From a virus (taxonomy: Duplodnaviria; Caudoviricetes): a DNA stretch of 64,000 bases. The first letter of the stretch is position 1. Each line of letters opens with the position of its first letter. Location of the stretch: IMG/VR virus record IMGVR_UViG_3300006930_000001, positions 11,121 through 75,120 of that record, one strand, 5' to 3'. Shown here piece after piece: positions 22,201 to 31,976 of the stretch. A program made the translations under genes and the position numbers. The notes beneath the pieces were generated by a model. It did no database searches and was not told where the DNA came from. It was given only the letters and a program-made list of their open reading frames with translations.

Positions 22201-22465
22201 CAGTTCCAAGACCTGCTTCCGAATACTGTGTCGAAACACCAGTTCTTAAATTCTTTACAGTTATCGTCTTTGTTCTAAAACCATTTGGTAAATTTGCTCC
22301 ACCAGAATTGTAAGCATCTCTACTTGGTATGGTTTGAACATAAAACGAATCACCAGGTTCTACCCAGGATTCACCAAGTTTTTCAACGGAGTTTACTGCG
22401 TTGCATGGGGCACAATTATCCCCAAACATATCCTTGGTGTTCTTAATTACGTTTACGTATGGCAT
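19283..22465 (-). CDS. Large fibre protein with collagen-like repeats and DUF2793-like modules
   Basis: Two Gly-X-Y tracts (GPQGEKGDAG...; GPRGLQGVEGPQG...) and two PP....GD.Y.VG...G.W/F modules. Confidence 0.75.
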   Translation of the reverse strand: MPYVNVIKNTKDMFGDNCAPCNAVNSVEKLGESWVEPGDSFYVQTIPSRDAYNSGGANLPNGFRTKTITVKNLRTGVSTQYSEAGLGTGTGGIAGVEIPNIQDDLEVTVEFGAGPHTAYNIDTTGGSGLGGDISVDPTPMYPGSEDYLQGQRVVIRAVPDDDYELDTLTVNGEEVEGDTVVYDALTEDLDVTATFKSVHCTENIILIKRGNTAGLANARLWGGELGVDFTKRELRVGMNEEAAELFENCMLINMGMSNATTGILPITPTVKNQLMVWADSFGGYAKAAGYDAFLEGNLLIKRPFKTGRGEYILKTHASFDTLTYGGILDIDTKWNPDNYWNACEQNATLHPRIGFAANVIKNVKVDEFGGGMFIYGCCASNGFSRVSLVVKPIGGLEIAEAMTIRADAIARFPYGIVPNSINIPGGETYNIGGSPHTHDGRYPRMYTETIDAQTRRLTNLSPPVAGSDAVTLDTLAAAVAGMIWKCSVLDVTNTPPVTPSSGDIYLVGTAGTGAFEGHNNAIATYTTEWAFESPVTGWLVACVADNHSYTYNGTTWVKLPSVVNHSALAGLANDDHLQYIHLANAREISAQHTFTNVGSPFLVASQVLVPNLNAQLLNGHPSSDFALAGHGHNWVELAGFKITNPQDGDGIFYEAEESAFVNKQVYIGPIYVRPEHIFADTTARDAHFATEGNPILQQDTFIIVGSVYQQWDGSAWIDITSVVRGPQGEKGDAGTNGQDGVDGEDGLVGPAGPMGPEGPPGAPGTQINLLGSVATVGDLPVSATLNDGYLCAADQNCYVWFGTSWVNCGHIVGPRGLQGVEGPQGPQGPTGLRGLRGEKGDTGAVGPQGPMGPRGPAGTSDGSWQESVEATLNAPPVNYDFNDRFLVGASPTGVWADQENKIATWIDNGTGGEWEFDVPPEGAMLYDQTAGIRYAKTGGVWVPWVIPEAGESWSQLVSSRTIEADKCYISNGESRLVLSLPTTCAMGDKFRVVGKGVGGWKIGQNANQQIFFLDRETRKGVDGYIQSSHYRDCVEILCITANLEFQVISAVGTIEMNVVI
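19895..20295 (-). repeat. Two collagen-like Gly-X-Y repeat tracts
   Basis: Seen in the translation of 19283-22465; boundaries approximate. Confidence 0.8.
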
Positions 22466-22469
22466 CTTT

Positions 22470-22868
22470 TCACCCTATGTCCATGTTCACGGGACAGAAT
22501 ATCCCATCAACGCATATGATCAGGAATACATCCTGCCTGACCAGTTCTTCATTGGCCCTGGCAAATCGGGATAGGTCAACATACTTGCTTATTCCTCCAT
22601 TATCTCTCCACAATGAAGTGACATCATAAATGCCACATCTCCCTGACCATGTATAAGTTCTTCCATTGCCTGCATTAAGAACTGTCGTACCTGACCCACA
22701 ACTGACCTTTGCAATCGAATTTCTGACTCTTGTTAAATAGATCGTTCCTTTTCCATCCCAATCAAAAGAATGTCCTGCTGGACCATTTTCGAAAAATGGT
22801 TCATCATATTGACCAATTGCAACAGTATCACCAGCAGATATCAATTTTATAATCCGAAGATTGGCCAT
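22470..22868 (-). CDS. Hypothetical structural protein
   Basis: 132-aa ORF in the operon, abutting neighbours. Confidence 0.55.
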   Translation of the reverse strand: MANLRIIKLISAGDTVAIGQYDEPFFENGPAGHSFDWDGKGTIYLTRVRNSIAKVSCGSGTTVLNAGNGRTYTWSGRCGIYDVTSLWRDNGGISKYVDLSRFARANEELVRQDVFLIICVDGIFCPVNMDIG

Positions 22869-23539
22869 TATTCCTCCTCAAAATAAACGATCACCTTTCC
22901 TTTGTCAAATGGAGTCATTGACTGGACTTTAAATTCATCACCAGTCAAATTATAATAAGACGGATATTTAATCCCATCTTCGTTGCAAATGTCTCCTTCA
23001 AATGCAACATATTTAATTCTGCACATCGGGTATGGGTATGCCTTGATGGTGACAATATCACCAGCAGGTGCAGGAACAAACCCAGAAAGTGGACTTGTAA
23101 TTCCACTCCCATTATTCTGGATAACAAAACCGGTATCCGGATAAATAGCATCATCTTCGAGCCTTTCTCCAAACATTAACTCCTTCAGATACATCATTGA
23201 CTTGCCCATTACATAATATCTGAAATAAAGAGTCATACCCGATTTTCCTTCCAACTTTGACCTTGAAAGTTTCACACGATACTCTACAAATTCGTAAATA
23301 TAACGTGCATGAGGTTTCATCGGTAATAGTTCATATTCTCCATCTATGCATACCAGGACCATGATCGTCTGAAAATGAGATATATGAAGTTCCTGTCTCA
23401 TTAAGAACCGTAGATACTGATTTTTGTATAATTCGGTATCATTGATCTGAATTGAATACTCCTGGTTATTTTCCGACATAATCTGTTCAACATCTCCAAG
23501 GTAATCAATCCCACTGGAAAAAGGACCTGTAAGAATCAT
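22868..23539 (-). CDS. Hypothetical structural protein
   Basis: 223 aa; C-terminal small beta repeat similar to one in 19283-22465. Confidence 0.55.
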   Translation of the reverse strand: MILTGPFSSGIDYLGDVEQIMSENNQEYSIQINDTELYKNQYLRFLMRQELHISHFQTIMVLVCIDGEYELLPMKPHARYIYEFVEYRVKLSRSKLEGKSGMTLYFRYYVMGKSMMYLKELMFGERLEDDAIYPDTGFVIQNNGSGITSPLSGFVPAPAGDIVTIKAYPYPMCRIKYVAFEGDICNEDGIKYPSYYNLTGDEFKVQSMTPFDKGKVIVYFEEE

Positions 23540-26076
23540 ATATCCCTCACATAAGGTATGTATACATTATATTCACCTGGTTTTCCGACATTTCCACACA
23601 ATACACCGTATTTTGATCCTGAAATGAATTCAAATCTATAATTGAATCCACTCAAAAACGTCACATACTTTTGTATACGTAATGGACTACCTCCTGTAAA
23701 TGTTCCAACAGACAATCCATTCATTTTGATTGCAGCACCTGCAAATGGACAAGTTATGTTAAATTTGACCAATTGGATGTTTATAGCAGTCATACGTATC
23801 AGGATATTGTTATCTGTCAGATCCATAGTCACTGGATAACTATTTATCACATAGTAACCAGGTGCTGATATTGTAAGAACATATGAACCTGGGGCAAGAG
23901 TCTTTTTGACAACTGCACCATTATACGTTCCTACTCCAGATATTACAGTTGTAGCAGATGGTAACAAGTTTCCAAATGCATCTACTATGGTAACGGTAAG
24001 CGTTCCAAATTCATCAGAATCCTTTCCTTCCCAATTTCCCCATATTGTATACGTGGATCCATCAGGAGCACTTCCTATCGTTATTGAAATCGTGTGTGTA
24101 GAATTATCTAACGAAGCGCCACCAGATCCTTGGTCTATACCACGATTCGTGCATGTTATGTGTGTTGGATCTCCAGATTTCCAATTTTCTCCACGCATTG
24201 ATACAGTTCTTGTAGCAAATGTGACATCTACTACATCACCTTTCTTTCCTGCTACTTTACTCCCAATATCATACAGATGTTCCTGTATTTTGAAAGAAGT
24301 CCCTATAACTGTCGATATTGAACGTATTTCGTATGTATACGTCTTATCTCCTGGATCGTCTGGATCTGGATCTGGTGTAGGTCCTGGAGGATCGACTGGA
24401 TCAATTGGATCGGGTGCAGGATCAATTCCTGTATCAACACCATTATCTGGGGATATATCCACTTCACATTTTGTTGTGATACCTCCCCCTCCTCCACCAC
24501 TTGAAGATTTCGTCTCTACATCTGTTGTTGGATTAGATTCTCCATCTGCGTTACGATTTGTAGTCGTAGTGTCGGTATGGGGATCAGGTTCCGCAGGAGT
24601 TCCTTCGATTGGTGGTTTGTTGATTTTTCCTGGTATTATCACCGCAGATTTCTTGAATTTATCCACTGTAGCATTGCCACTTGCAGATACAGGCATTGTT
24701 TTTGGATCGTATTCATCTACTGGAATATTATCCACTTTCCTCAACTTAACATTGGGATTTTTCTGTATAGTATCTCCAGTTGGTGATTTTTTGACTTCAA
24801 GAACACTTCCAGTGAAACTTGACACCGAATCCACATTTGGATTCATCATTAACTGGAAAAAGTTGCCAGCAGTCATTACATCTCCACCACCATCACTGCC
24901 AATGGATCTCAATGCTGCAATACCATACACAAGCATCAATGCAATATCCATCACGGTTATAGTAGTTTTTCCTTTTACCTCTGCATCTCCAGTTTTTATC
25001 TCTCCAGTCGTTGTATCTTCGTATTCACAAGGAACACCAACAGCATATTCAATTTCCCCTTCATAAAGTTCAGATAACACAATTGTGCATAATGTATCTT
25101 CTCCTTCTACTGCATTTGCAGAAGCAACACCATACAAATTAAGATTTCCTTCTTTTTTGAATGCTGCAAATGTATTTGATCCTTCTGGATACAATTGTTG
25201 TTTTACCAGTGATTTACCAACAATCTTTGAATCTGTTGATCCAATCCACAATACATCTACACCTGGAACATGATTTGTGCCATCTGTGACATCTACTGCA
25301 ATCATTCCATATTTTTGGCGTGGAAATGTTTCTGGATAATGCACAAGTTTTGGATAAAATGTAATATTGGATACAATCTCTTCTGCATATAACGAAGGTC
25401 CATAAAATGTATATGGATGATTGACCACATTGCCTTCACCATCATATGTATCATATGACCTTGTGCACATACAATTTCCAACAGAATTGAATGTCTGATG
25501 TTTTATCATCAAAACAGAGTCAGTAGATATCTTCTTTTCAATTACAGAAGACCATCCAGACATATGTCTTGGATCTACAGCAATTCCAACAGATTTACAA
25601 TTACCACGATAAGGAACTACCTTTGTAGTGCCACACCATCTCCCATAATCATCAACACGTTTTTCATCCTTTTCCCAGGGACATTCAAAATGCCCACATT
25701 GGACCGGCATACGTGCTGTTCTCTTTGAACCATCCTCATATACCCATTCAAGTATAGGATCGGCATATGTCACAGTATACGATTCCTGGACATAATCATA
25801 CCTTACAATGGTTTTTCCGCCATCGCAGCCATTTGGCACAGGTATTTTGCCATCGAACTTGAATGGATCAATTTCATCACCATCTATCATTACAGGGACT
25901 GCAGGAGGATCTCCCCATTTCCTTACAGCACTATCAGAAAATCCCAGATCAAGTGGAGCAAGTTTGTTAGAACAGTCAGTTTTGCACGTAATTGCATATT
26001 TACGATACCTGGTCTTCCCAGATGGATGGATATAGGTAACGTAAATATAGGCTGTTTTTTCAGCCATAATAGGCAC
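23536..26076 (-). CDS. Large structural/adhesin-like protein
   Basis: 846 aa; Pro/Asp linker (PAPDPIDPVDPPGPTPDPDPDDPG) and PEGA/Ig-like C-terminal domains. Confidence 0.6.
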   Translation of the reverse strand: MPIMAEKTAYIYVTYIHPSGKTRYRKYAITCKTDCSNKLAPLDLGFSDSAVRKWGDPPAVPVMIDGDEIDPFKFDGKIPVPNGCDGGKTIVRYDYVQESYTVTYADPILEWVYEDGSKRTARMPVQCGHFECPWEKDEKRVDDYGRWCGTTKVVPYRGNCKSVGIAVDPRHMSGWSSVIEKKISTDSVLMIKHQTFNSVGNCMCTRSYDTYDGEGNVVNHPYTFYGPSLYAEEIVSNITFYPKLVHYPETFPRQKYGMIAVDVTDGTNHVPGVDVLWIGSTDSKIVGKSLVKQQLYPEGSNTFAAFKKEGNLNLYGVASANAVEGEDTLCTIVLSELYEGEIEYAVGVPCEYEDTTTGEIKTGDAEVKGKTTITVMDIALMLVYGIAALRSIGSDGGGDVMTAGNFFQLMMNPNVDSVSSFTGSVLEVKKSPTGDTIQKNPNVKLRKVDNIPVDEYDPKTMPVSASGNATVDKFKKSAVIIPGKINKPPIEGTPAEPDPHTDTTTTNRNADGESNPTTDVETKSSSGGGGGGITTKCEVDISPDNGVDTGIDPAPDPIDPVDPPGPTPDPDPDDPGDKTYTYEIRSISTVIGTSFKIQEHLYDIGSKVAGKKGDVVDVTFATRTVSMRGENWKSGDPTHITCTNRGIDQGSGGASLDNSTHTISITIGSAPDGSTYTIWGNWEGKDSDEFGTLTVTIVDAFGNLLPSATTVISGVGTYNGAVVKKTLAPGSYVLTISAPGYYVINSYPVTMDLTDNNILIRMTAINIQLVKFNITCPFAGAAIKMNGLSVGTFTGGSPLRIQKYVTFLSGFNYRFEFISGSKYGVLCGNVGKPGEYNVYIPYVRDI

Positions 26077-27331
26077 CGCAATCGATTACGGCATTCTTGA
26101 TCCGGTTCTGATTAAGGTCAAAATGTCCGTATTCGTTTGTCTTAATACCATTGGTAAAGGTGCCACCCTGACCATTTGAAAAAAGAACATGATTAGTATT
26201 TGGATTTAATTGCACCGGAGCAGTCAATGCAAGACCAATTACCTCTTCCACAGTCTTATTTACCAAGTTTCCATTAGCATCAATGACATATATCTGTCCA
26301 GTCCGTGGATTCGATGAATCAACATCATCCAAATCAACAAATGCCGATGCTCCACTACCAGAACCTGATCCAAACCCTACCCAATCGGTAAGATTCCAGT
26401 AATATGGTCTCTTGTCTGCCAGGCTGTATACAGCAATACCTGCTTCCTGCCCATCGATAACCCATTCACCAGATATCTTTTCAAGGACCATACCACGCAT
26501 CAATTCATCAGAACAAAGATTGGATATTGCATATCTATCTCCATTTGAAGATATGTTTGGTAATGCTGAAACGATATCGATTACTGGATCTTTCCAGGTC
26601 CTCTTGTCAACATACCCCTTTGTGGCAGCATCGCCATCGCTCACTGGAGCACCGAGGTTGGCGATCTTTTTCCCATTGAAGTTTATATCGGCTGATGGTC
26701 TATTTGTCCCATCACGCTTCAGGAAATCATCATGGGTATGGCTTACATCTCCCTGGGTAACATCTGCCGGAACAACCCGGCCACTCTGCCACTGCAGGAA
26801 CTGACCATTTCTGATTAGATCAATCTCTACATCGGTAAGATTCTTGATACTATCATGTGGCAGGTTTCCGGTGTCATGCTCGGGATCATAGAAATTATGA
26901 ATGTCAACGTCCTCATGCCTGTCTACGGTCAGGTAATGCGGGTGACTATCCGCATCAAGATCGGTAAGCCAGGAATGGGAATATAGCGAATTAATCCACC
27001 TTGACCCATTATACATGAACACTTGTCTGTTTTGTGGATCTACGATTGCTACATCTACCAATCCATCAAGATTGGTTATAGCACCATCAAGAAGCCCACC
27101 ATGTAATGCCAGATGTCTAACCTGGTCAAGATACTGTTTATGATGGTCTTCTGCAAGATCCTCAAGTTCTCCATGTGATATACGTTCATCATTAAGCGAG
27201 AACAGTATATTATGCCCATAAGTAGGGTCATTTATAGTGAAATCAATTGAAAGCAGACTATTTTTGGATCGAAATAGAAGAGTTTCTATCTCTTCTATAT
27301 CCAATGATGTTTTTCCATCACTGATACGCAT
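26060..27331 (-). CDS. Fibre-base/structural protein with DUF2793-like module
   Basis: KIANLGAPVSDGDAATKGYVD fibre motif; WKDPVIDIVSALP module. Confidence 0.6.
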   Translation of the reverse strand: MRISDGKTSLDIEEIETLLFRSKNSLLSIDFTINDPTYGHNILFSLNDERISHGELEDLAEDHHKQYLDQVRHLALHGGLLDGAITNLDGLVDVAIVDPQNRQVFMYNGSRWINSLYSHSWLTDLDADSHPHYLTVDRHEDVDIHNFYDPEHDTGNLPHDSIKNLTDVEIDLIRNGQFLQWQSGRVVPADVTQGDVSHTHDDFLKRDGTNRPSADINFNGKKIANLGAPVSDGDAATKGYVDKRTWKDPVIDIVSALPNISSNGDRYAISNLCSDELMRGMVLEKISGEWVIDGQEAGIAVYSLADKRPYYWNLTDWVGFGSGSGSGASAFVDLDDVDSSNPRTGQIYVIDANGNLVNKTVEEVIGLALTAPVQLNPNTNHVLFSNGQGGTFTNGIKTNEYGHFDLNQNRIKNAVIDCGAYYG

Positions 27332-27632
27332 TGTTTCCTCCTACTCTGTTGTAATAGAGAAGAGGCAATCTGCTTCCACTATCTGCGTCTGACAATGTTT
27401 TGAGGGTTCCAGTCAAATCTGTTTCAGATTTAAGTGGACCAACAGTAGCAGAATCTGGTAATTTGCCCGCAAGACGTAACTTGGTGATTGCAAGTTTCAC
27501 AGCCTTGTTTAGATGATGACTGTGGTTATCACCAGTATCAATTGCTGCTAAATCAAGCAGATCCTGTATTTCGTTGTCAGTTAATGCATCTGCTGGCAGA
27601 ATTGCCTTGACTTCTTCTACAGTTGCTAACAT
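27318..27632 (-). CDS. Head-tail adaptor (gp6/gp15-like)
   Basis: MLATVEEVKAIL...LTDNEIQDLLDLA helical N-terminus; directly after the capsid gene. Confidence 0.65.
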   Translation of the reverse strand: MLATVEEVKAILPADALTDNEIQDLLDLAAIDTGDNHSHHLNKAVKLAITKLRLAGKLPDSATVGPLKSETDLTGTLKTLSDADSGSRLPLLYYNRVGGNNAYQ

Positions 27633-27648
27633 AATCCCTCAAAAAAGA

Positions 27649-28491
27649 TTAGAGGGCCTTGAAATGCTGGATTGTCTTTGGCTGGTAGACAACCGGGACC
27701 AGAGCCTCATAGAGCCTTCCCCAGAGATCCTTGGATTTCTGCAGGATTTCAAGTTCCACAGTCATATCCTGTGCGATGATGAGTTCATACTGGCTATTTG
27801 ACTTGCCACCGGTGAACATTCCATGACCTGCAGGGATCCAATTGGTCACTTTGATGTTACTGACCATTGACTGGACCATCTCAAGTTCTGACTTGCCACC
27901 TGTCCAGAGTGAAATGCCCAACTGCGTATACTGCTGTGGGTTGATCGTCCACTCAAATGGACCATAGATCTCATTGGCCATTGCATTCTCGATAGCGAGT
28001 GCAGTTGCCTTGGCAAAGTTACCAGGTGTTGCAGCATCGTAGGAATCAGTCACTTCGATACCAGCAGAATTAAGGAGACCCTTAATCTCGTAGTTTTTGC
28101 CATCGGTGCTGTATCCATTGATGACCATCTGGTTCTCGATGTTGGTGATCTGATATGCAGCAGCATTCGAGTTGATCGTGCTGATCGGATAGCCACCTTT
28201 TGCTGCAGCAGCCAGGTCTCTTCGGCCAACCCTGAATTCTTTCTGAATCAGAGGGATCGGAATATGTGCCCTGTCGAATCCAACACGGTCTTCGGCCATC
28301 TCAACAAACTGATATGAGACGACTGCCTCACTCATTTCCTCGGTCTTATCGTATGACCACTGCTGAACAGCGATACCACCGATTGGACCAGTAACCGGGA
28401 GCATACCACGGCATATATTTTGTTTTCTTGCTTCTGAAATGGCACCTGCCTTGATGACACGATACCACTCAACCGGAATTTCCATTGGCAT
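27649..28491 (-). CDS. Major capsid protein (HK97 fold, encapsulin/linocin-like family)
   Basis: 280 aa with IPIPLIQKEFRVGRRDL, ENQMVINGY and IKGLLN patterns; downstream of protease and decoration genes. Confidence 0.8.
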   Translation of the reverse strand: MPMEIPVEWYRVIKAGAISEARKQNICRGMLPVTGPIGGIAVQQWSYDKTEEMSEAVVSYQFVEMAEDRVGFDRAHIPIPLIQKEFRVGRRDLAAAAKGGYPISTINSNAAAYQITNIENQMVINGYSTDGKNYEIKGLLNSAGIEVTDSYDAATPGNFAKATALAIENAMANEIYGPFEWTINPQQYTQLGISLWTGGKSELEMVQSMVSNIKVTNWIPAGHGMFTGGKSNSQYELIIAQDMTVELEILQKSKDLWGRLYEALVPVVYQPKTIQHFKAL

Positions 28492-28503
28492 TTTTGATCC
28501 TCC

Positions 28504-29427
28504 TTAGATCATTGCGAGTGCCCCTACTCGCTTGGTCTCCGTGGTTGCATCAGTAGTTTTCTGACATCTTGCTACCGGGATGATACCTTCTCCTTCAACC
28601 GACAGCAGGATATAACCGGCAACAGTGTGATTGCTGGTGGTATATGACAGCCTCATGGTTGCATTTGGAATGGTATACGGGACTTCTCTGGTGAAATACA
28701 GTGCAGTCGAATCCGCTGATTTGATTGTGGTTCCTGCAAGCAGAGCACCCACAGTAAGGTTTCCTGCAGAAGCATCATCAAGAACCGGATTCACGTATCC
28801 TGCAGTTGCCAGGCTTGCTCCATTGATAAATCCATCAGCATCTCCACCAGAAAGACTGGAAAGAATACCAACATCAATGGTTGCAGACTCTGCAGCGGTT
28901 TCTACAAGAACACCAGCACCGGTGATCCTTATTCCCTGTGGAATGAGAAGTGCAGTATCAAATTCAGTGGCTTTCTTGGTGAACGGAATCATCACAGTGA
29001 TACCACGTTTTCCAATGAATCCAGGAATGACTTCTCCCCCACCCCACGAAAACAGGACCTGTCCCTTCTTGGCAAGCGTTCCCCTGGTGAGCCAAGGCCA
29101 CAGGAAGGTATTCCCACCAACAAGGATTGGAATAGGACAATCTTCTGGGAATGCAAGAGATGGAGTTTTTGGACGCATCGTGCCATAGTCTGCAGGATTT
29201 GCAACATTTGCAAGGTATGACTGCTCAAGACCTGCAAAACCAAGGACTGGTAACAGACCATTGCCCCTTATGATACCAAAATCGTCAGTGCCATCGGTCT
29301 TGTAGTTCGATACAACATGGCCCGGTTTGATAGTGGCTTCCCTGGACATTCCCTCGATAATCGTGATGGATTCAACGGATCCGGAGACTACCTGGTATTT
29401 TGGTTCAACAATGTGTGCATAACCCAT
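28504..29427 (-). CDS. Capsid decoration/cement protein
   Basis: 307 aa beta-rich protein between protease and capsid genes. Confidence 0.5.
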   Translation of the reverse strand: MGYAHIVEPKYQVVSGSVESITIIEGMSREATIKPGHVVSNYKTDGTDDFGIIRGNGLLPVLGFAGLEQSYLANVANPADYGTMRPKTPSLAFPEDCPIPILVGGNTFLWPWLTRGTLAKKGQVLFSWGGGEVIPGFIGKRGITVMIPFTKKATEFDTALLIPQGIRITGAGVLVETAAESATIDVGILSSLSGGDADGFINGASLATAGYVNPVLDDASAGNLTVGALLAGTTIKSADSTALYFTREVPYTIPNATMRLSYTTSNHTVAGYILLSVEGEGIIPVARCQKTTDATTETKRVGALAMI

Positions 29428-30447
29428 CTAAATCACCTTCCATGCACCATTGCCATCAGGAATACCAATGGTGAGTTTTCCAGAATCATCGAATTCCTCT
29501 GGGACATTGTGATACCGTGGCTGCCTTGGTGGTCGTGATGCAGCAACCTGCTTGAGAACAGCAAGTTCGCTCTGGAGAATTGCTGAAGATTTCCCGGCGA
29601 AGTGAGCATCCTCAACCTTAATACCAAGTGATGCAGCCAGGGTTTTGTAATCTGCTGTCGCTGACGCGACTGCTGCGACTTCTGACGCTGCAGCAAGTCT
29701 TGATGCCACAAGTTTATCGATATCGTCTTCAGTTTTGATGGTCTTCTTCAGGTCTTCGATCTGATCAAGTGATGCAAATTTCACTTCTGGTTCCTTTGGA
29801 TCTTCGGCATCTTCCTGGTCTTCGCTGGCCTTGAAGAGTTTCTTCAGTTCTTCTATTGCATCTCCCTGGGTTTTTACCAGGTCAGTGAGGTCAGTTATCT
29901 GCTTATCTTTCGAAGCAATCAGTGCATCAACCTCTTCTTTCGTCTTTTTCCTTTCCTCTTCGATTTTCTTATCGAATGAAGCAAGGAATTTTGCCTCGTC
30001 GTCTGGCATAGTTATATCCTCTACTGGATTGGTCAACATGAAGCGTTTCGAAGCCGCATGTGAAAATGTGGCACTTTTCCACGCTGGATCTGCTACCAGG
30101 GTAAGTGATTTGTTAAAATAGTTCTGAACAAACCCATTTGGTAACTGATCCCCCTGTCCGTATACCGACCATGCCTTAATTTCACCGTTTTTTACCAATG
30201 ATCTGGCTTTTTCGTTGTAGATTTCGGTCTTGGCCTTGATATTAAACCCATCATACCAAGCATCGATGACTGCGCCGATTTCATGCGGTTTTGATTCGGT
30301 GAGATCGCAGGAATGGTCACGTTCAGGACAGAGCCTGACTACTGATTGCTTCAGGGAATTGACCACATTGGTTATTTCGGGCGATTGGATTCCCCATCCG
30401 TTCGCGTTCAATTCACCAACAGGCATGACAATGCCCTCAAGAATCAT
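29428..30447 (-). CDS. Prohead protease/scaffold fusion
   Basis: N-terminal protease-like domain (LNANGWGI, DHSCD, WSVYG, LTLVADPAW) plus acidic coiled-coil scaffold; likely start MILEGIV at 30447. Confidence 0.7.
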   Translation of the reverse strand: MILEGIVMPVGELNANGWGIQSPEITNVVNSLKQSVVRLCPERDHSCDLTESKPHEIGAVIDAWYDGFNIKAKTEIYNEKARSLVKNGEIKAWSVYGQGDQLPNGFVQNYFNKSLTLVADPAWKSATFSHAASKRFMLTNPVEDITMPDDEAKFLASFDKKIEEERKKTKEEVDALIASKDKQITDLTDLVKTQGDAIEELKKLFKASEDQEDAEDPKEPEVKFASLDQIEDLKKTIKTEDDIDKLVASRLAAASEVAAVASATADYKTLAASLGIKVEDAHFAGKSSAILQSELAVLKQVAASRPPRQPRYHNVPEEFDDSGKLTIGIPDGNGAWKVI

Positions 30448-30539
30448 GTATATATAATATTTTAAAGACAATTTAAGGGTTTTCCAAAAAGCGACGCATA
30501 TCGGGTATAAAATCGAAAACGGAGACTGCAAAATCGAGC

Positions 30540-30558
30540 AGTATTACGGAGTAATACT
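30540..30558. promoter_or_regulatory. 19-bp palindromic operator AGTATTAC-GGA-GTAATACT
   Basis: Perfect 8-bp arms in the divergent promoter region, next to a TATA-like TTAAATA. Confidence 0.7.
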
Positions 30559-30584
30559 ATTAAATATTATAAAAAATAATACTA

Positions 30585-30983
30585 TTGTGTATGATAATCA
30601 TCAAAGACAAGTCTGTAGAAGTGAATTTCAGCGAACGTAAGCATGTGGTGATAATAAGCAGAGAAATCGAAAACCTGGATGCAGCAATAGCAAAACTGGC
30701 AGAATACCGAGAACGTCTGGTAACAGACCTTTTCAAGGCAGATAACTGCCCAAATGACGAAATGTATGTTCTGGTGATCAAACAAAGATGTAAAGTACAA
30801 TGGTCATACAGCAGGACTGGTAATAAGGATGTAGGAAAAACATATACAAATTACGTTCTTGTGGCACATCATGGTGATTGCGTTGTAGCAGAACTTGAGA
30901 CCAGGGACATCAAGGAGAAGAATGCCTTCTTGAAACAGTATCCGTATAGAGTAGAGGAACGCGAATATAACAGAAAGGTGTAA
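30585..30983 (+). CDS. Hypothetical protein
   Basis: 132-aa ORF opening the plus-strand block. Confidence 0.6.
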   Translation: MCMIIIKDKSVEVNFSERKHVVIISREIENLDAAIAKLAEYRERLVTDLFKADNCPNDEMYVLVIKQRCKVQWSYSRTGNKDVGKTYTNYVLVAHHGDCVVAELETRDIKEKNAFLKQYPYRVEEREYNRKV

Positions 30984-31002
30984 AATTTTTCGGAGAAAAA
31001 TT

Positions 31003-31497
31003 ATGGGATCATATGAAGAAGCAGTAGCAGCAATTGAACATGCATTAGAAGACAAAAATCTGGAATTTACCAGGGTTGACGACAGATATTCGTTTGATCC
31101 GTCAAAGAAAGTGACAGATTTTGCATGGGATCTGAAGAAAAATGGTATAGACATCGGAAGAGGACAGAGACTCGAAACGGGTATACAATTCTGGTTTACC
31201 AGCGATGAAATCGTGGTGCAAATCGTTCCGAAGGGATATGAATCGCTCAATTTCTCCCTGCCTTCATTTGACGAAATAACAGAATATCTTCGTCACCGGC
31301 ACACATACATTCGCAAGGAGGACAAATTTCTGGTAATCGACAGAATCGCTGTCGAAAACAAGTTGGTGGTGGACACTATCGATACATTAATCAAAATGTC
31401 GGGATCTACATACGAAATCAATGGAGTTCCATGCATTCTTGAAGTGTCGGTGCGATTCAGCGCTACCCAGGTGATCATCTACGTGGCGGCGGTATGA
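31003..31497 (+). CDS. Hypothetical protein
   Basis: 164-aa ORF. Confidence 0.65.
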   Translation: MGSYEEAVAAIEHALEDKNLEFTRVDDRYSFDPSKKVTDFAWDLKKNGIDIGRGQRLETGIQFWFTSDEIVVQIVPKGYESLNFSLPSFDEITEYLRHRHTYIRKEDKFLVIDRIAVENKLVVDTIDTLIKMSGSTYEINGVPCILEVSVRFSATQVIIYVAAV

Positions 31498-31862
31498 TGG
31501 AAGCAGATATTCGTCTTTTCGTGGCCTGTCCAAAATCCGGGTTCAATACACCGATAAATGAATGCAAAGCATGCAATTATCACAAATCCAGGGAATTGGG
31601 TCATGTAACATGCGATTATGATTACATCGTTGACCTGGCAAATTCGTATATCAAGGAAATGCAATTTGGGCCTTGTAGTAGTGTCGAGGATGTCAAACAC
31701 GTTCTCCGACTACTTGACACCTGGACAGGCACGTTTCGTAACCTTACAGGGTATACAGATAATGCTGCAGCGGCAATTGCAGATCACTTGATGAAGGTGG
31801 CCAACCTGAAAGACGGGTATAACCGGGAGTGCCTGGAACAAATAATCCGGATGTATCTCTGA
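31494..31862 (+). CDS. Hypothetical protein with Cys cluster
   Basis: CP..CKAC..C motif; ATGA overlap. Confidence 0.6.
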   Translation: MMEADIRLFVACPKSGFNTPINECKACNYHKSRELGHVTCDYDYIVDLANSYIKEMQFGPCSSVEDVKHVLRLLDTWTGTFRNLTGYTDNAAAAIADHLMKVANLKDGYNRECLEQIIRMYL

Positions 31863-31976
31863 CTTTTGACGGGTATAAAACTTTTTTTTGAAAAACTGCA
31901 CCGTTCGGTCAGAAGTGGATAAGACACCACCCCCCTGGTCCTGATTCCTGGGTCCAGGCGGAAAAATAACCGCGCA

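Noticed and set aside
23509-23520. ORB-like TTTCCAGTGGGA on the minus strand
   Set aside because: Inside a CDS and lacks the G-string
10950-27331. Diversity-generating retroelement acting on fibre genes
   Set aside because: No reverse transcriptase in the window, and I saw no near-identical TR/VR pair with adenine-only mismatches
348-30457. Many plus-strand ORFs over the structural module (e.g. 23906-25066, 28631-29188)
   Set aside because: Antisense shadows of long minus-strand genes; no recognisable motifs
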